NCBI GenBank assembly: GCA_030704615.1
Contig: CM060734.1
Span: 39,060,001 to 39,124,000 of the forward strand
Direction: 5' to 3'
Length of the DNA: 64,000 nt
DNA from: Takakia lepidozioides
Taxonomy: Eukaryota > Plantae > Bryophyta
Below the pieces are notes generated by a model. The model was not told the DNA's origin and did no database searches. It saw only the letters and a program-made list of their open reading frames with translations. Made by a program: the position numbers and the translations under genes. Position 1 is the stretch's first letter. Every line of letters begins with the position of its first letter. Positions 11,224-25,383 of the stretch are shown here, piece after piece.

Positions 11224-13238
11224 ATGCGTCAGAGAATCAAGCCATATATCGAACCAGGGTTCTAATCTGAGGCATTCATGTACCGTCTCGAGGAACACCC
11301 CGCCGTGTTATTAGAATATAATGAACACATCTGTGCGTCTGTGCCTGGCTATCTGCATAACAAGTTGGGGATCCTAAATTTGGAGCTTTGTGCTGCACTT
11401 GGGCAACTACACTCAGGGATAAGTTGCTGGCAATGTCACTCGAAGCACAATCAGGAGAGTCATCGGACACAACACGAATTTAGCATTTCTAAATATTGCT
11501 TTCGAATCAAGTGCAAAGGAAATCTGCATGCTGGCCTGCTCTCATTCCACTCTGCTCAAGACTCCGGAGGCTTATTACATGCCGCCAGGGCAACCAACAC
11601 TCGGACATAACTAGTGCACTGTCCAAGGAAGGGCAACATAACTATGTCGCCATCTGCGTCGTTGGTAGGCAACTGAGAGACCCAAACTTTTAGCTGCCCG
11701 ACACCAGCAGGAGAATCCAGGTGGGCCAGACCACTCCCGCCAAATCTGTCGGTAAACAGCGATCAGATCTGCAAACACAGGTACTAAGGTGCAGATCTAT
11801 GGTCTCTTCAGGATCTTTCCCCTTCACGTACTATTCAATAATTTTGCACAAGTACCAATATTTCATCCACTAGGGGCTAGATGCCTAGACCTATCGAAGA
11901 TTTTATATTGAAGGACAGATAAATTGGACATGCTGTGGTGGGCACTAGGCGGTGGGTCTCATCAAATATCCGGTAATTTTTTCATTGATCTTTGAAAGGA
12001 TATATGCTCGGTTAGTATTTCCGAATCAGTGGTTCCATACAGGGATTTCATCAATCTGACGCCATGACTATCATCATGTGTTTGTCTAGGACAGTTGTTT
12101 CCCTCATGCACCCATACGCAATCGCAGAGTTCAATGCTTGAGAGTGGCGTGGTGACTGATCAGATTTGTGTCCAAGATCATGCATTTTGCTATCATGAGT
12201 AGAAACAGCCCAAAAAGGTGGAGCCCAAGCAAGTATAATTTTAGGTGTCTCTTTACCTTCAAAAGGTACTCCCTTCAATAAGTTCAATTTGGCTGAGAGG
12301 TAGACACCTTCTTACCTGCCCCAAGAAATTTCCTCATGGAAATCCAAGTTGACAGAGCAAAAATAACATATCTGCAATGGTTCAAGAAAATGCCCTGGAA
12401 TAGAATCCCAACTAGACTTGAAAGTGCTTGAATTAGCTCATGCTTGCACTTTGGGTGCAAAAACCTATCCGACAGGCCGTCCTTTGTTTGATTATTTCTT
12501 GTGAAGAGAATTGAAGCCAGTTATTCATGGGAATAAAACCCCTATGTGTAGAATTTTCATGTTTGAGATGTATTGTGAGGATCACGCCTGTATCTTGCCT
12601 GAACTACCACTGACATGTGTACCTCTAGTGTGTGTACAGTACTGCTTGCCAAATTTATATAACCTTCGCTTACAAACTGCAGCTTACATTCACATCGCCG
12701 TAAGGAGCCATCAGGCCACACGGATATGAATCGTGAAGGTCTAGCCAAGTGTCCTCATTGGTGAACAACAACTTGTGACTGTCAGGTTGATATACCCTCC
12801 ATCTTGATCAGGTTGCTGCAGTTTTTATTCTGTACACATTTGAACATAGCAGAGCAATGCCAAACCTGTGTTCGGCATGGCAATGTTTACCTGGAAACCA
12901 AAAGGAAGACAAAATGCCACATTTGAGGACCTCTTTGTACCTGTTGTTCGATAATAAAAAGGAAAAAACGGCCTGCCCAAGTGCAATTGCCTTCTATGAC
13001 ACATTCTACCAGCCGTAATCTTGGCCAAGTTGCACAAACCTTCCTCCAAGGACATGGAAGTCCCAAGGTACCTACATATAAGGTGATTGATTGGAACACT
13101 GGTCATCTCTTGGATGCTGTAAGGTGTTATGATATGCTACGGATTTGAGCTGTTTAGACAGAGGAAGAAATGCCCACCAATGACCAGAGGGGAATAGCCG
13201 ATGGCTTGCAGTGGGGACAGTTGAGGGCTGAGGTGAAG

Positions 13239-16200
13239 TTAAGTGTTCATTCGCTCCAAGTCCACCTGTGACAGCAGTGTCGTGGAGCTACCAGAGCCTG
13301 CTTTGTTGTAAGGCTGCGCCATTCTCCTCAAAAACTGCACATGCATAATGCATCTTAGTATACCAGAGATACTTTGCTTGTCTCGAATGAAAAAGCTGTG
13401 TTGAAACAAAGAAGGGTACAAAGCCCACTTGATTGTCAGCATATCTGGCATCTAGCAAGAGTTGTTTTCGGGAAGCAACATGAATGCACCAGCCCGATAC
13501 CAGGTACTTGCATAGTGCCTCAAGCAGACTGTCTGCAGGCTGACAACAAATGTCCAACCCCTTGAACCAAATACTGAAACTTCCATTCCTATCTAGCAGG
13601 TGAGACAGTCTCGGAACTAATACTGATATGATTTGTTTATCTCTCAACCTAGCCGGCCATGCTCCAGAAAGAGAAGGGACACAGAAAGAGGTAGACAGCA
13701 GTGATGCTGTTGGCCAACATTGTAAATAGCAGTACCTCACGAGCAATATGAAGCGACATATCAGTACTCAGATTGAGGTGTGCATCAGATAGGTGTGCTA
13801 ATATCCAGCCTGGCAGCTTTGAGCGTTTATCATGCCGGTTGTATCTGTCCCACAACCACACCCCCATATATCCCCAGTTGAATCAGCTACTTGAATAGTA
13901 AGGAGACACAATCACTGCCAACGATCTCACATAAACTAGACTTGACAATTTGAAGGGCTGCCAGTAAAGATTCTATCGGGAGAGGACTAACTTCGAAGGG
14001 ACGCCAGAAAGGAGGGAAACGGAAGGGAAACAATAAACATGTAACTGAGAACCTGCTCTGAAGAGATTACTCAAAGCCTACCATGTGATCTGTCAGGACA
14101 TTCTAGAAAAGACAGGAGCAAAATGAGGGAAGGGCTGGTGCGGGAGCAGCAGAGGATAGAGTACCGCTTGTCAGCAAAAATCATCATGCCATAATCTGCT
14201 TTTGAGCGAATGACACGACCAACACACTGGGCAGCTTGTCTCTGTTGGAACAAGCATACATCCCAAAATAAGACCAGCCCTGATGCCCCTCAACAATCAT
14301 TATTGCATTCACTGCCTACCTAATGATGTCATTTCATTCCAACCCGTGTGAACTAAGCTTCGGCGATAAGAGTCAATTAACCACTACAAAAGGGCACATG
14401 GCATCACTGACACTACAAGACAACCGCATGAAATCAGAATTGAAGAGAATGGAGTCCAGAACTGAATGAGCATACTTAACCTGTCTGTGTGTCTGGGAGA
14501 GAGACTCAGTATGTGCTATGATAGGTACAACAATCAAAGGAGCTGACATTAAGAATTATTTTGTAAGCAGAAATGTTGAAAGAATTCAATGGGGAGAAAT
14601 GCTTTCTTACATTCTCTCCAAATGCAAAGGCCCAACAGCAGCTCTATGGTCCTATCCTCACACAGAAACTAGCAGAACCACTGGATCACGGCATGTAGGA
14701 AAAGTGGACATCTGTAGCAATTGTGTCAGACAAACAGGACATTTTTCCCATGTCTCCCACTTAAGACGTACCACAGCATCAAATGTCAAAAAGTCATTTT
14801 CTTTTATTTGAAATGTTTCCCTCAAGTATTCCAGGCGTGCTCGTAAAATCCTGCCACATTTCAGTACAATCCAGCTCAGAAACAGATTGAATGAAACTTG
14901 ATTTTGGGGACAACTTGGCAAATGCGTTTCTGCATTTCTTAAGCCAACAATACTGCACCTATCACAACATCTCTGCTCTTCTTCTGCATGACTACTGCAG
15001 TTTTAATGAGTTCCCTGTGCTTTCATGGAGTTTACAAACCAGAGAAAGAGAGATTGGGAAAGAGAACACCTGCTAAGGGTGTACTGATAGGGCACGCCAA
15101 ACATAATTACAAGACGGCCATAGTGACGATCGAAATCAATCCCTTCTGCGACTTTTCCCCTGGCATATACATCAACAGGGTCCCTAGTTATATCAAGGCA
15201 TGCATGACATGTGACCCTCCTAGCCAGAATATAACCCAGAAAAATTGATGATCTTCGCCTCCCAGCTGTGCAGCATGTCATCCTACAGAACTGCATCTCA
15301 AGCCCAAACCTTCTAAGGGTTTACCTAGCAACAGAGAAGAAGACAGCCCCGCGACCACAATCACAGGCACGTCGGTAGTTGTCAAGGGCAAGTGTGGTTT
15401 CCACCACATCTTGTGTCTCAATAAACACCAGCTTGTGATGCATTACCTCCTGAAGTACACATTGAAGCAGGCCATTGACCTAGATTTAGTTGCCTTTGGT
15501 GGCCATAACAGACCAGCTGCCAAACCTCCTTACCATACCTGTCCCTGTCTTTCTACTGACCAGAAATAGACAAACAAAAATCCCAGTAGTTGGAGAACAG
15601 TTATCAACAAGAGGTCCCCCTGGTAACACAACCAATATTGCCTATGAGATTCTGCACCCATGACAGTGAAATAACTTTTTGTTAAAACTGAACTCTGGAG
15701 AGCCTAGAACGAGAACAGAGTTTTGATACATCAGGAGGAACCGGCACCTTCAAACTTGGATGTTAGGGAAGAGTCAAGTAGTAATCACTGAACTACTCGA
15801 CTTCCTTAATAGACTGGGATAAAAAATAATGGACGCATTGCCGAAGCAAGCGTAACTTATGGGGTCACTTTGACCCAAAGGCCTACTGTCTGGGGCGAAG
15901 GTAGTCACCTTTATGACAACCAACATGTGGTTTAGGCCCACAACCACTTAGGAGGCGGTTTGTGCCCTTACCACTGGGCTAAATGTTGGTTGTCTCTATT
16001 AGACTGGAAACTGTTGGCAGCAGACACTGGCTTACAGAACCATGCATACAACATATAGACAGTAGCGAGGAGGTGGTGGGACAAAGAAGACGAAGCACCT
16101 GTAAGATACCCATTTCGTTCCAGCTGTTGACAATGCCATCCATGTAGGAGTAACTAACAAAGAAGCACACAACACCATCGGGCACAGCAGCCACCATCTC

Positions 16201-19200
16201 AAGAAGCAAACGTCCATAGTTCCGAACCACTCCCGGATCACTCCGCATATCAAACTTGGTGCTCACTGGTAGCTGGTCACTGCATAGCATTTGTGACATA
16301 AGTATGGATATCACAACATCTCATATTATGCAACTACTCGCTCTGCCGACAGAAAATATCAATCAGACTCCAGTACAATGGGAGCTCTGTCCCTCCCTTT
16401 CTCTCCTGTAACTAAGTGAATCTAAACATCTAGTTCCAGGATTAACCAGCCTTTCTATTTGATTGACTAATGAGTTGAAACGTCACTGACAAAAGAAAAC
16501 GCCTCAAATCTGATAAAATAGTCCCAACTAACCTGCCACGTGTGAGGACCATAGGGCACAGGCAGTCGCGAGTGAGAGTCATTTTGAAGCTTTGCAAAAT
16601 CACAGGGTTGAAATTGAGAAGGCGGGGATACAGGTCAATTGGGCTCAATGTGCCTGATGTTATCACAACAGTCTGGAAGCGCTCAAAAACAGGCTTTATT
16701 GCCAGTGATGAATCCAGACACGATAGCTGCATACATCCACCCGCCACATGTGATTATCCTTAGTAGGCGATGTGATGCAGGGTCCTACAATGTACATGCC
16801 TCGAAGCTGATCAGGGGTTTGGTGAAGTGCAATAAAACACACGTACACACAGAGAAAGAAAGGAATTAGATAAGGAGGGGTTCGATCTTGGGTCACGCCT
16901 CTTTCTGCACACTCACAAAGAGGGAGAGCTAACAGCTGTAACAGTGTATTAGGGTCATAGCTCCAACGCTCAGCACCCACCCCTTTCAATCAACTGACAT
17001 TACAGAAACGTATGACCTAGTTTCTGAGGTTCATGCATTCAGGTATACACGTGCCTGCAACACAGGGTCAGGAACATTAGGCATGCGATCGTCGAAGGGC
17101 TCGATGATGATGGAGAAACCGCGTGTGTAAGTGCCCACCAATGTCGCAAAGTCACATACACACTGGATATGTCCGAACTCGTCAGTGTCAGTGACCTCCA
17201 GTGTGAGCAGCAGCGAATGCAATCGGTCATAGCAGAATTTCAGTGTCTTCTGATCAATGCCTGCCTGGGCCTGAAGTGAATTCAAAAAAGATACTGGCCC
17301 TTCACTCTCGACTTGCTCTGCCTGCAAGCGGCCCTTCATGTACTGCACCAACCGCTTCAAAAATGCAACAAAATGCTCAGCCCGCCTAATGTTGCCTGGA
17401 ACAGCTTCGCGCAATATATCATCGGGCAGGGCCGGGTTGGCCAGCCATGCATCCGTTCCTGCACATCCCAAGGCCAGGGAACCCCTGCTTTATGACTTGG
17501 TAATAGTGAAGTGCATCCTTGCTGATTCATCATTACACCACAGGGAAGGGATATCAAATGGCATGTAATAAAGGGGATGGAATCAAATTCATAGCCAGTC
17601 ATATAAACAGAGTCCATTTGTCTTCGTGGGTGTGTGTAGCCACCATATGAAGAGAGGAGGTAAGAGAGCAGGGTGTCGAAGCAAGAGAGACAAAGAATGC
17701 AACTGCTGGTGTGGATTTATGTGTTGAGTGAGAGAGAGCACACCAGGTAGGTTGCCACGCTGTGCCAGACCCTCCACCAGCCGATTGTACTCTGCACGCA
17801 GTCGATTTGCATCAGTGGCTTTGGACCTGCCCATTACATGCCCCTGCATCAGTTCATCCCACATTGGTCTTGTTTCTCACCCTTTCATCACTTATTCTTG
17901 ATGACTGGATTGGAGAAAACAGAAATTCATATTTTAAGGCTTGTGAAGATTTGGATGAACTTGTGTGCATAACTAAGATGAGTAAGAAAATTGTGGAGAC
18001 CATCCAATGAAAAATGGGAACTCATGTCTGAGGGTAGAATAAAGACACAGCTGAGATGGAAACTGTTCCACTAGACCGAAGCCCAGTATGTACTAGTTTA
18101 TCTCCATGTGGACTATTTAAAACTACAGGCAACTGCTGGGGGGGCTTGAAGTGCGGAATGGTGAATGTGTTGTGCTATCTACTGTGGTCAAACAGTCGAG
18201 TCCTCTCTCCTCTCCCTCTCTCCCGGAGGAAGGAGAGGATCTCAAATGGACATAGGCAGTGACGAGATCCCTGTGCTCCATTCCTACACATATCTTAGTG
18301 TTGAGTTCTCCTCCAATGTAACTGGGATGCGCACATACAAAAAGTTGTTCAAACAGCTAAACACAAAGCTTTGGGTCTCACTCAGTTTTCGCACTGTAGA
18401 GAGATTAATTCTGAAGTTAAAAGGTCCATGCTTTGCAAAGTTATTAGGTGTACCTAGGAGTATGCATCTGCAGTGTGGCAGGGCAACTCCAACGGGGCAA
18501 AAACTTTAGAATTCACCACACCTGCCCCAAACAGCCATGTTATGTGCTCAAAGGGGAGTATGCTAACTCTCAATGTGATGAGTTCGAGGTCAGATGGTGG
18601 GTTCAGTTGAATCCCCTCTGTTCACCAACTTTAAAATCATGAGGCTGATTACTTTCACTCCCCGGAACTTGCTGGTTTGCAATTCAGTCGCCAGAAACCT
18701 TGCCACCTTTTGAAGGATCATTTTACATAGTGGAACAGGAACAAGCTGACTAGACAAGACAGTCTGGAGCTTCATGTCCAACAGACATGGGCTCAGATTA
18801 CCCAGCTCACCCCCAAGCTACAGTTCTACAAAGATGTTTTCCTATCCAAGGCCCAGCAGCGTATGCCGCGAGGTAGTCCAGACCTGTTGTCATTCACCCA
18901 CTATATCAAGTTCAATGGTCCCCATCACAAGAGAAGGCTACAACAGCATTGCTTGAAAGGGTGTACAGAGCGCACCTACTTGTCAATGAGCTGAGATACT
19001 TTACTGAGGTTGCGTGTGGCGCCTTCCAGTGTTCGCTGCCTTATGTTGACACTCAGCGCCTCAATGCACACATTATCAATGTTATGTGCCTCATCAAACA
19101 CCACAACACACTCCTTCTCCATCTCCCGTGATATGATGCCAGACACTTTGGGGTCCAGCAAATACTGGTAGTTGTACACAACCACATTTGCAAATTGAAT

Positions 19201-19791
19201 CATGTGACGTGCCAGAAAGTAGGGGCACCATCCCCTCTCCCTCCCAAATCCCCGCAAGTCATGGAGTGTGTACACTCCTGGAGGAAGAAGAGCGTCCGCA
19301 CCCTTTTTTTCATATCCCTCATAAAAGGGGCAACACTCGATGGTAGGGTCGTCAACAGCTGAAGCTCTCACCCATGATGCTGTCAATTTCCTACAACCTG
19401 CGTCCACACTCTCTCTGGAGCCTTCGCCACTGACTTTCGGATGAATGCAGAGATTTTTGCGGGAGCTCAATCCCAGGGCCAGAATTTTGGCAACCTTGCC
19501 CAGTTCCTTCTCCTGGAAAGCCTGCAGAGTACGAAGCTCGTCCAGGACCTTCTCCATCTCGTGCACGGTCCGAGTGCAGTAGATGAGCTTACCTACCGAG
19601 GGCGTTGCAAGCTGGTAGCTAGTGATTAGAGAAAGGAGGGTAATAGTCTTGCCAGTCCCGGTTGGCATTTCAAGAAGGCAGTGACCCTTGGCATCCAGAG
19701 ACCGTTTAAGCTCCACCATGTACTGATACTGCTCTGGGTAGATGAACTCGTAAGGAAAGTACACCGTCAGATCATCTATCTTAAACTTCAT
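13239..19791 (-). CDS. XPD: TFIIH/NER 5'-3' DNA helicase XPD (ERCC2/RAD3/UVH6), 11 exons: 19791-18980, 17826-17744, 17458-17055, 16726-16533, 16279-16099, 15449-15325, 15159-15070, 14850-14772, 14241-14165, 13844-13736, 13334-13239
   Basis: EMPTGTGKT (Walker A), Fe-S cluster cysteines (LCIHP, GCRKL, CPFYE, WCPYF), DEAH box, [30 protein letters not shown]. All splice phases are compatible; intron 3 has a GC donor. Confidence 0.97.
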
Positions 19792-22700
19792 TGTGTATGT
19801 ATCCTTGCGGGTCTTTGTATGTGTTTCAGACTATGTGATCTTCAGGGAGGAAGAGACAAACCTCTGGCATGTGAAACATGGACAGTTGAATTTCGTGCCT
19901 GCTACACGTTTCCACAAACAGTTTTGGCCACTGCACAAGAATTCCGATCCTCACCCAACACCTTCGAACTCAGCAGAGAAGGCAAGCAAGATTTGGGCCC
20001 AGGGGAGGGGGTGGCCCCAAAGTTGATCCCCGGCCGAAACCTAAATTCTGAATCTGAGACTACCGTAGGCTCCCGCGTCCTCTTCCTTCGCACGAGACTT
20101 CTGAAAGAACAGCTTTTGCTTCACCGTGTGCAACCATGGAGGGGGTCTAATTTTGTGCATCCTCTGTCATCTTGTCCGCTACTTAGTCTGATGAAATGGC
20201 ATCTCTGAAGGAAACGAAGTGTGGACAAACAGTCGTTCAAGACGTTTTGTCCGCTCGCTAGTCTCAATGGGCTTGAGAAATCCTTGTTTACTTGAGAACC
20301 TGAATCACACCCACGTGGAGACTGGAGACCTCTAATTCTAAGTAGAACCCTTACTCCAATGAAGCCAGAGACCAAATCGAGAGGTGGGGGCAAAGACGTG
20401 GTGCACTTGGGAAGGAGATGCAGAGTCTTCAGGCACCACCGCCACCACCACGTTACTTAACATTGCTGCGCCAAGCCTGGAGACTGGCATGTTCCGGGTA
20501 TAAGATTAGGGCTAGGGCCAACTATGTGGGTTTAGGATTTAGGGTTTATGGTTCCTGATCTCAAGAGTCAAAACAGCTGATTGCCAGCTTTTGGGCAAGT
20601 TAAGCATGTTTTAGACGTTTCCTGTCTAACTTGCATGGGCCAGTCCATCTTCTGGGTTCATAAGGCCATTCTGGTTTCACAGACAAAAGAGGTACACAGG
20701 AAAATCTGTTCTCCCTCCTCTTTCCCTGTAACATGGAGCACCACTGTTTATGCCCACTTTCACTGATAGTTTCACTCCAAAAGTTGAATACCAGTACTGT
20801 CATCTCGAGCAAGAGAGGTATATAGGTAGGGGCTAGTAAGACACTGGCATCAAAGTTGGGCACCAAAGTTGTCTGAGACTTTTACAAGAGGATAGGAAAC
20901 ACAGGCACACAAGCACTATGGCCGATGCTCCCCTTGTCCAGTTATCAATACATACTTTACTTGAGCATCGGCTCCCCCGCCCTCAACTAGGCTGACAGAT
21001 GCTGTTGGCTGTGCACAATTCCATATAAAATGGACAGGTCAACTTGGTGCTCCACAGATCTGTACTTGGAGAGAGGTCTATTTTGTTTTCTGCAAGTAAA
21101 CCATTTCAACATTCTACCTCTCTACTCTTCTGTGTCCCCAGTTACAAAATTTGAAACAATCCATCGCATGCCACCTTACAACGAGGTGAACAAGGGGTGT
21201 GCTATTTAGCATTACCACCTCAAAGAGTCGATTACAAAAACAACCAGATCTCATACTGCAGTAGCTAGGAACTACAAAGTTTCTTTTGATAACTCCATCG
21301 TGGCCACAGCATCAAACAGATTCCCCCCTGTCGCCTTCGCCGCTCCATCACTTCACAGTTTTACCTGTCATGCCTGAAACAACCTGGCAAACACGATGTA
21401 TATAAGAGGAACGAAAGTGGATCCCTCATAGTTTAATATCATTTGAAGCCCAAGACAACCTCAGCCTTGGGTCTGCATGTTGACGCAGCTTTTTAGTTCA
21501 CCAAATTACTACTGCACAAGTTTCGAGAAATCACTAACTTTCTAATCCAAGGACTTCACAATGACAGGGAAATCAGCCTCATGGGACCCAATGCTACAGT
21601 CTGACAGTCAGATCTGTCAGCAATTACCAAGGGACCATGCATTGTCCATGTAAAATTTGGGGTAGCTGAAGTCCTCAATCTAGTTACTTTGTGTGCTGTT
21701 CCTGTGGCACATCTGTAGCAATGCAAGGACAGTTTTGTAGTGCTTCTCCAAATTGTATTTGCTTTTGTTGTTACTGAACACCAATCCATTTCTGCAATTC
21801 TTAAGCCCGTAGAGTAATGTAGATCTTAGAGACTTTGGTGGGGAAATGTTGCTAACAACTTGCTCAAACATACCTCTGACAACTTTGGTGGAGTCACTGG
21901 CTCCGGACGGGAAACGGCATTTCTCAGTGGTGGTACAATAACAGGTAACGTTAATCCTGCAACCCCCAACACACACTTCCCAATCTTTATCACGAAGGCC
22001 AGTTCAAGATTACTAATGCAGAATCTTCTGCTGCAATTGTTAGATTTACCCCTACTATACCTTGAAATTTCTTTTGTTAATTAAGGCCCACTCCTGCTGG
22101 TCCCATTAGTTTTACCTCCTCTTCCCACGAGTAGACTGGCAGTGCAACCAGGCCAAATGTAAATGTCTGTTCAGGGGAAGAGAAGTACAGAGGCAGTGAT
22201 GATGTACAGATCAATCTCTTGTATCATCTTCATCCCAGCCCTTCAATCGACATGCAACTCCATGTGACCCAAGTATAGTTGGATGTCAGTGATTGCTACG
22301 GCGTGCGAGTTCCATACCCCAGTGGTGGAAACCCTACAATTGGCTCTGTGGGGGTTCTTTATCTCGCCAAAAAAGTGCCTCAAAGTTCACCATGGTAGCG
22401 TGACCTCTGTCTGACTGTCTTCTCTGAAAGCTCTGAAGTGAGTCTTTAAAGAGGCTAGTGGCCCACAGTCTGCTCTTTTGTAACCCCCCTCCTTATTCTG
22501 GGCAGTTCATCCAAACCTATGGGGCCAATGCAGCAACCACTGGAGTGGAACAAGTGCAGCATATGTCTCTCTCTTTCTTTCTGACAAAAGAAGCTGCATG
22601 AGATTTCGGGTAGCTCAATCTTAGGTGAGGACCTTCGAACCTGCAAAGAAGTTTGAATGGGGGGTTTGCACACAGGAAACAGACTCCGCGGGAAGAAATA

Positions 22701-23855
22701 TGATCCGAACTGCTTCTCGGAGGGTCCAAAAGGTGGGACTCAACGAGTGCCTTGACAATCCTCCCACTTATGACAGTAAGCTGATTTCCAATTGAGAGTT
22801 GGCTTCTTACATCTTCACAATGAGCAGCCGCAGCTCAGAAAGAGACAACAGACAGGGCCGATTCGGTGGCATCATCGTCCACTTACTAATGTTGTCCAGA
22901 CGGTATTGTTGGAGTTTTCCCCTCATCAAGACATCCTTAGGTCGGAAAAGGGGGTGGCTTTAGCATTTTCAATCCATGCACACACTAAGGAACTACTTAG
23001 AACAAATCTGGAGTACTACTACTAGTAATTCTCCCTCCTTCCCTAAGAATTTGCGAGATTGCCGTGAACGCTAGAAAGCAACTAATCCAAAGCAAGGCCC
23101 AGCAATCCACGCGATCGGCCTTTAAAGATGCGAACAGACAGTCAAGCAGCAGGCAAGGACTAGGCAAGATGGTCCTATTGAAGGTTTCTTGAAGTCCATG
23201 CATCGAGAGTTTGCAGGAACATCCACATACTGCGTGTATGCGGAAGGGACAAAGACAAAAGAAGGGACGTACCTATAGCGGATAGAATCACGCAGAACGA
23301 AATGACAGGATCGCGAGCTATAACATCTCGCAGAGTAGCAGAAAACCCCATGATTGTCTCCTAGTCCTCACCGCCCGCAGCTTGAGGGTCCTTCTCCCTT
23401 CCTCGCTCTCCTTGCTTCTCCTCTCTCGCTATCCGTCCACAGTAGACACAGATTCTATTCCCTTGGTTATTGTCAATCAAACAAACTTCTCGACCACCCA
23501 CAGCACTTCCCAAATACTCAAGTTCGTGGTTTGCACTCCTAATCACTAATCTGAAGGCTAATCAAGTCAAAATCAACTCGACCCATGTTCACATCCGTCG
23601 GCTATTTCCATCCACAACGATGGCACAGTGTCGATCGGAAACAATACTTATACGTTCGTACATGTTTGGAACCCGAGATTCTAAGACTGGAAAAATTTCA
23701 CGAGCAGAGCAGTAATTACCCTTCACCATCTCATGGAGAAAGGGGCAAGCGTAGTAGCAAGCTTTAGAGAGTGCCGTGATGGCCCGTTGCCTGCATGGGA
23801 ACCGGCCATCATTGCGTGGAGGAATGAGTAAGCACCATAATCTCCAGCGGGAGTC

Positions 23856-25207
23856 ATGGTCACCGATGGCCTATGCCGGAGCCGTGGAGTCTCCAAATTG
23901 TCTGTGACGTGCACCAGCAGAAATTATAGCGGTTGTGGTTGGGGAGGTTCGGTGGACGCTCAAACAAGGTCTGTAGACGAATATGAGAATGGCCACCCCC
24001 GTTCGTCTAGTTCATCAGCCCCTTCAGAATCTGCTGCAGCATGTCGAACTTCTGGTACGTCTGAGTGATCCAATTCATTAAAACTGTGGGCGGTTGTTTG
24101 TTTTGTGGGTGTTTCTGTGTGAGAGAATACTTGAGTGGTACACCGCCAGCGCTTTCACATTGTCGCTGCCTTGTAAGGAAAGATGACGCACGACTATTCG
24201 AAAAGGTTTGCATGGATACTGGCTTTGGAGGATATGTTCGCCAGTTTCCTTTCAAGTTATGAGTGTGTACACATTCAGTGGAAACCCCGCACCAAGTACC
24301 AAGAAGTGCAAGCGTTTTGATCTCACTGGCTATTGCGAAGCCATCTAAGTGCCAGGCACATCGTTGGGTGGAGAAGGGCACATGAAGGGACATCGAGAGA
24401 GAAATAAATCAACTTCTGGAAAGCTACACTAGCATATTTACTAAGAATCAGGCAATTACGAGCTGCTAAAAAACTTACGAATCAGTTGTATCAGTGCGTA
24501 CAGGCCAAGGAATTACCATAGAATTGCTTGGGCACAAGTTCGTATCAGATCCTATGCAGTGTGCAAGAGGTTTGAGATGGTATGGCCATCGATATTAGAC
24601 CCTGTAGTGTTAATGTCTTGAGAGTAAAGGGGAGAACCAGCTTTCTCTTGTTGACACTGGGGGATGATAGTATCTTGGTTTCAGTCATGATCTCTTAACA
24701 TAGTGGATCACTATTGTTTATTGCGAATAACTTGAAGTTGGATGTTCAATGTTTGTACCGTGTGTTTGGAAAGATGTTTGGGAGCTTGGGCGTGTGTAGT
24801 TTGGGCTGTTGAGGCTGTGGTTGAACCTAGGGCTGCTTGACTGCCATACTTGCAGAAGAATGTTAAATATCTGGACTTCAGACAAAAGCAAACACAAGAT
24901 GCGCTTTGGATTGATGGTCATTTGAAACCTCCTTGGCCGAAAGCAGAGCCAGCTGCCATGATACCGCAGGGTCAAGCACAACCTGATTGTGGATGGGAAT
25001 CAGAGTGTGGTTCTAATTCTGGTATGAACGTCAGAGTTCCATTAAATTTTCGAGACCAGAGTCCAAATTCTGGTGAAAACTCAGAGGTTGGTCAGACAAG
25101 GGCTACAGACAGATGTGAGTATGACCCAGAATCAGCCTGGCTTGAAGGACAGCGCTCTTCTCCACCACCAGCCCCTTCAGTATCTTTTGCAGCATCGGAT
25201 ATCTCTG
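23856..25207 (+). other. 5' exons of PPR gene 1, including a degenerate PDF module (approx. 23856-24054, 24504-24579, 24856-25021 or 25207)
   Basis: Exon 24504 reads GQGITIELLGHKFVSDPMQ (first PDF half, 4 nt shorter than the 80-nt homologue, so frameshifted). Exon 24856 reads KNVKYLDFRQKQTQDALWIDGHLKPPWPKAE (second half). Phase-1 donors follow 24054, 25021 and 25207. Confidence 0.6.
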
Positions 25208-25383
25208 GTATGTTTTAAATTTCTCTCAATAGGCAGAGAGAGAGGCCAGAATGTGTTGCTGAATACTGTTTGTCCCACCAGATAGTCAATGATAGCCTGT
25301 CCTTCCGCAGATCTTCTTTGAAGTATATGGAAGCTTGGGGGTTTGAAGCAGAGTTTGTAACTAGGAGTTTTGAGTCACGCAGG

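Noticed and set aside
20580-23210. Scattered minus-strand protein-like fragments, possibly a decayed gene
   Set aside because: No motif could be matched with confidence and no consistent exon chain could be built.
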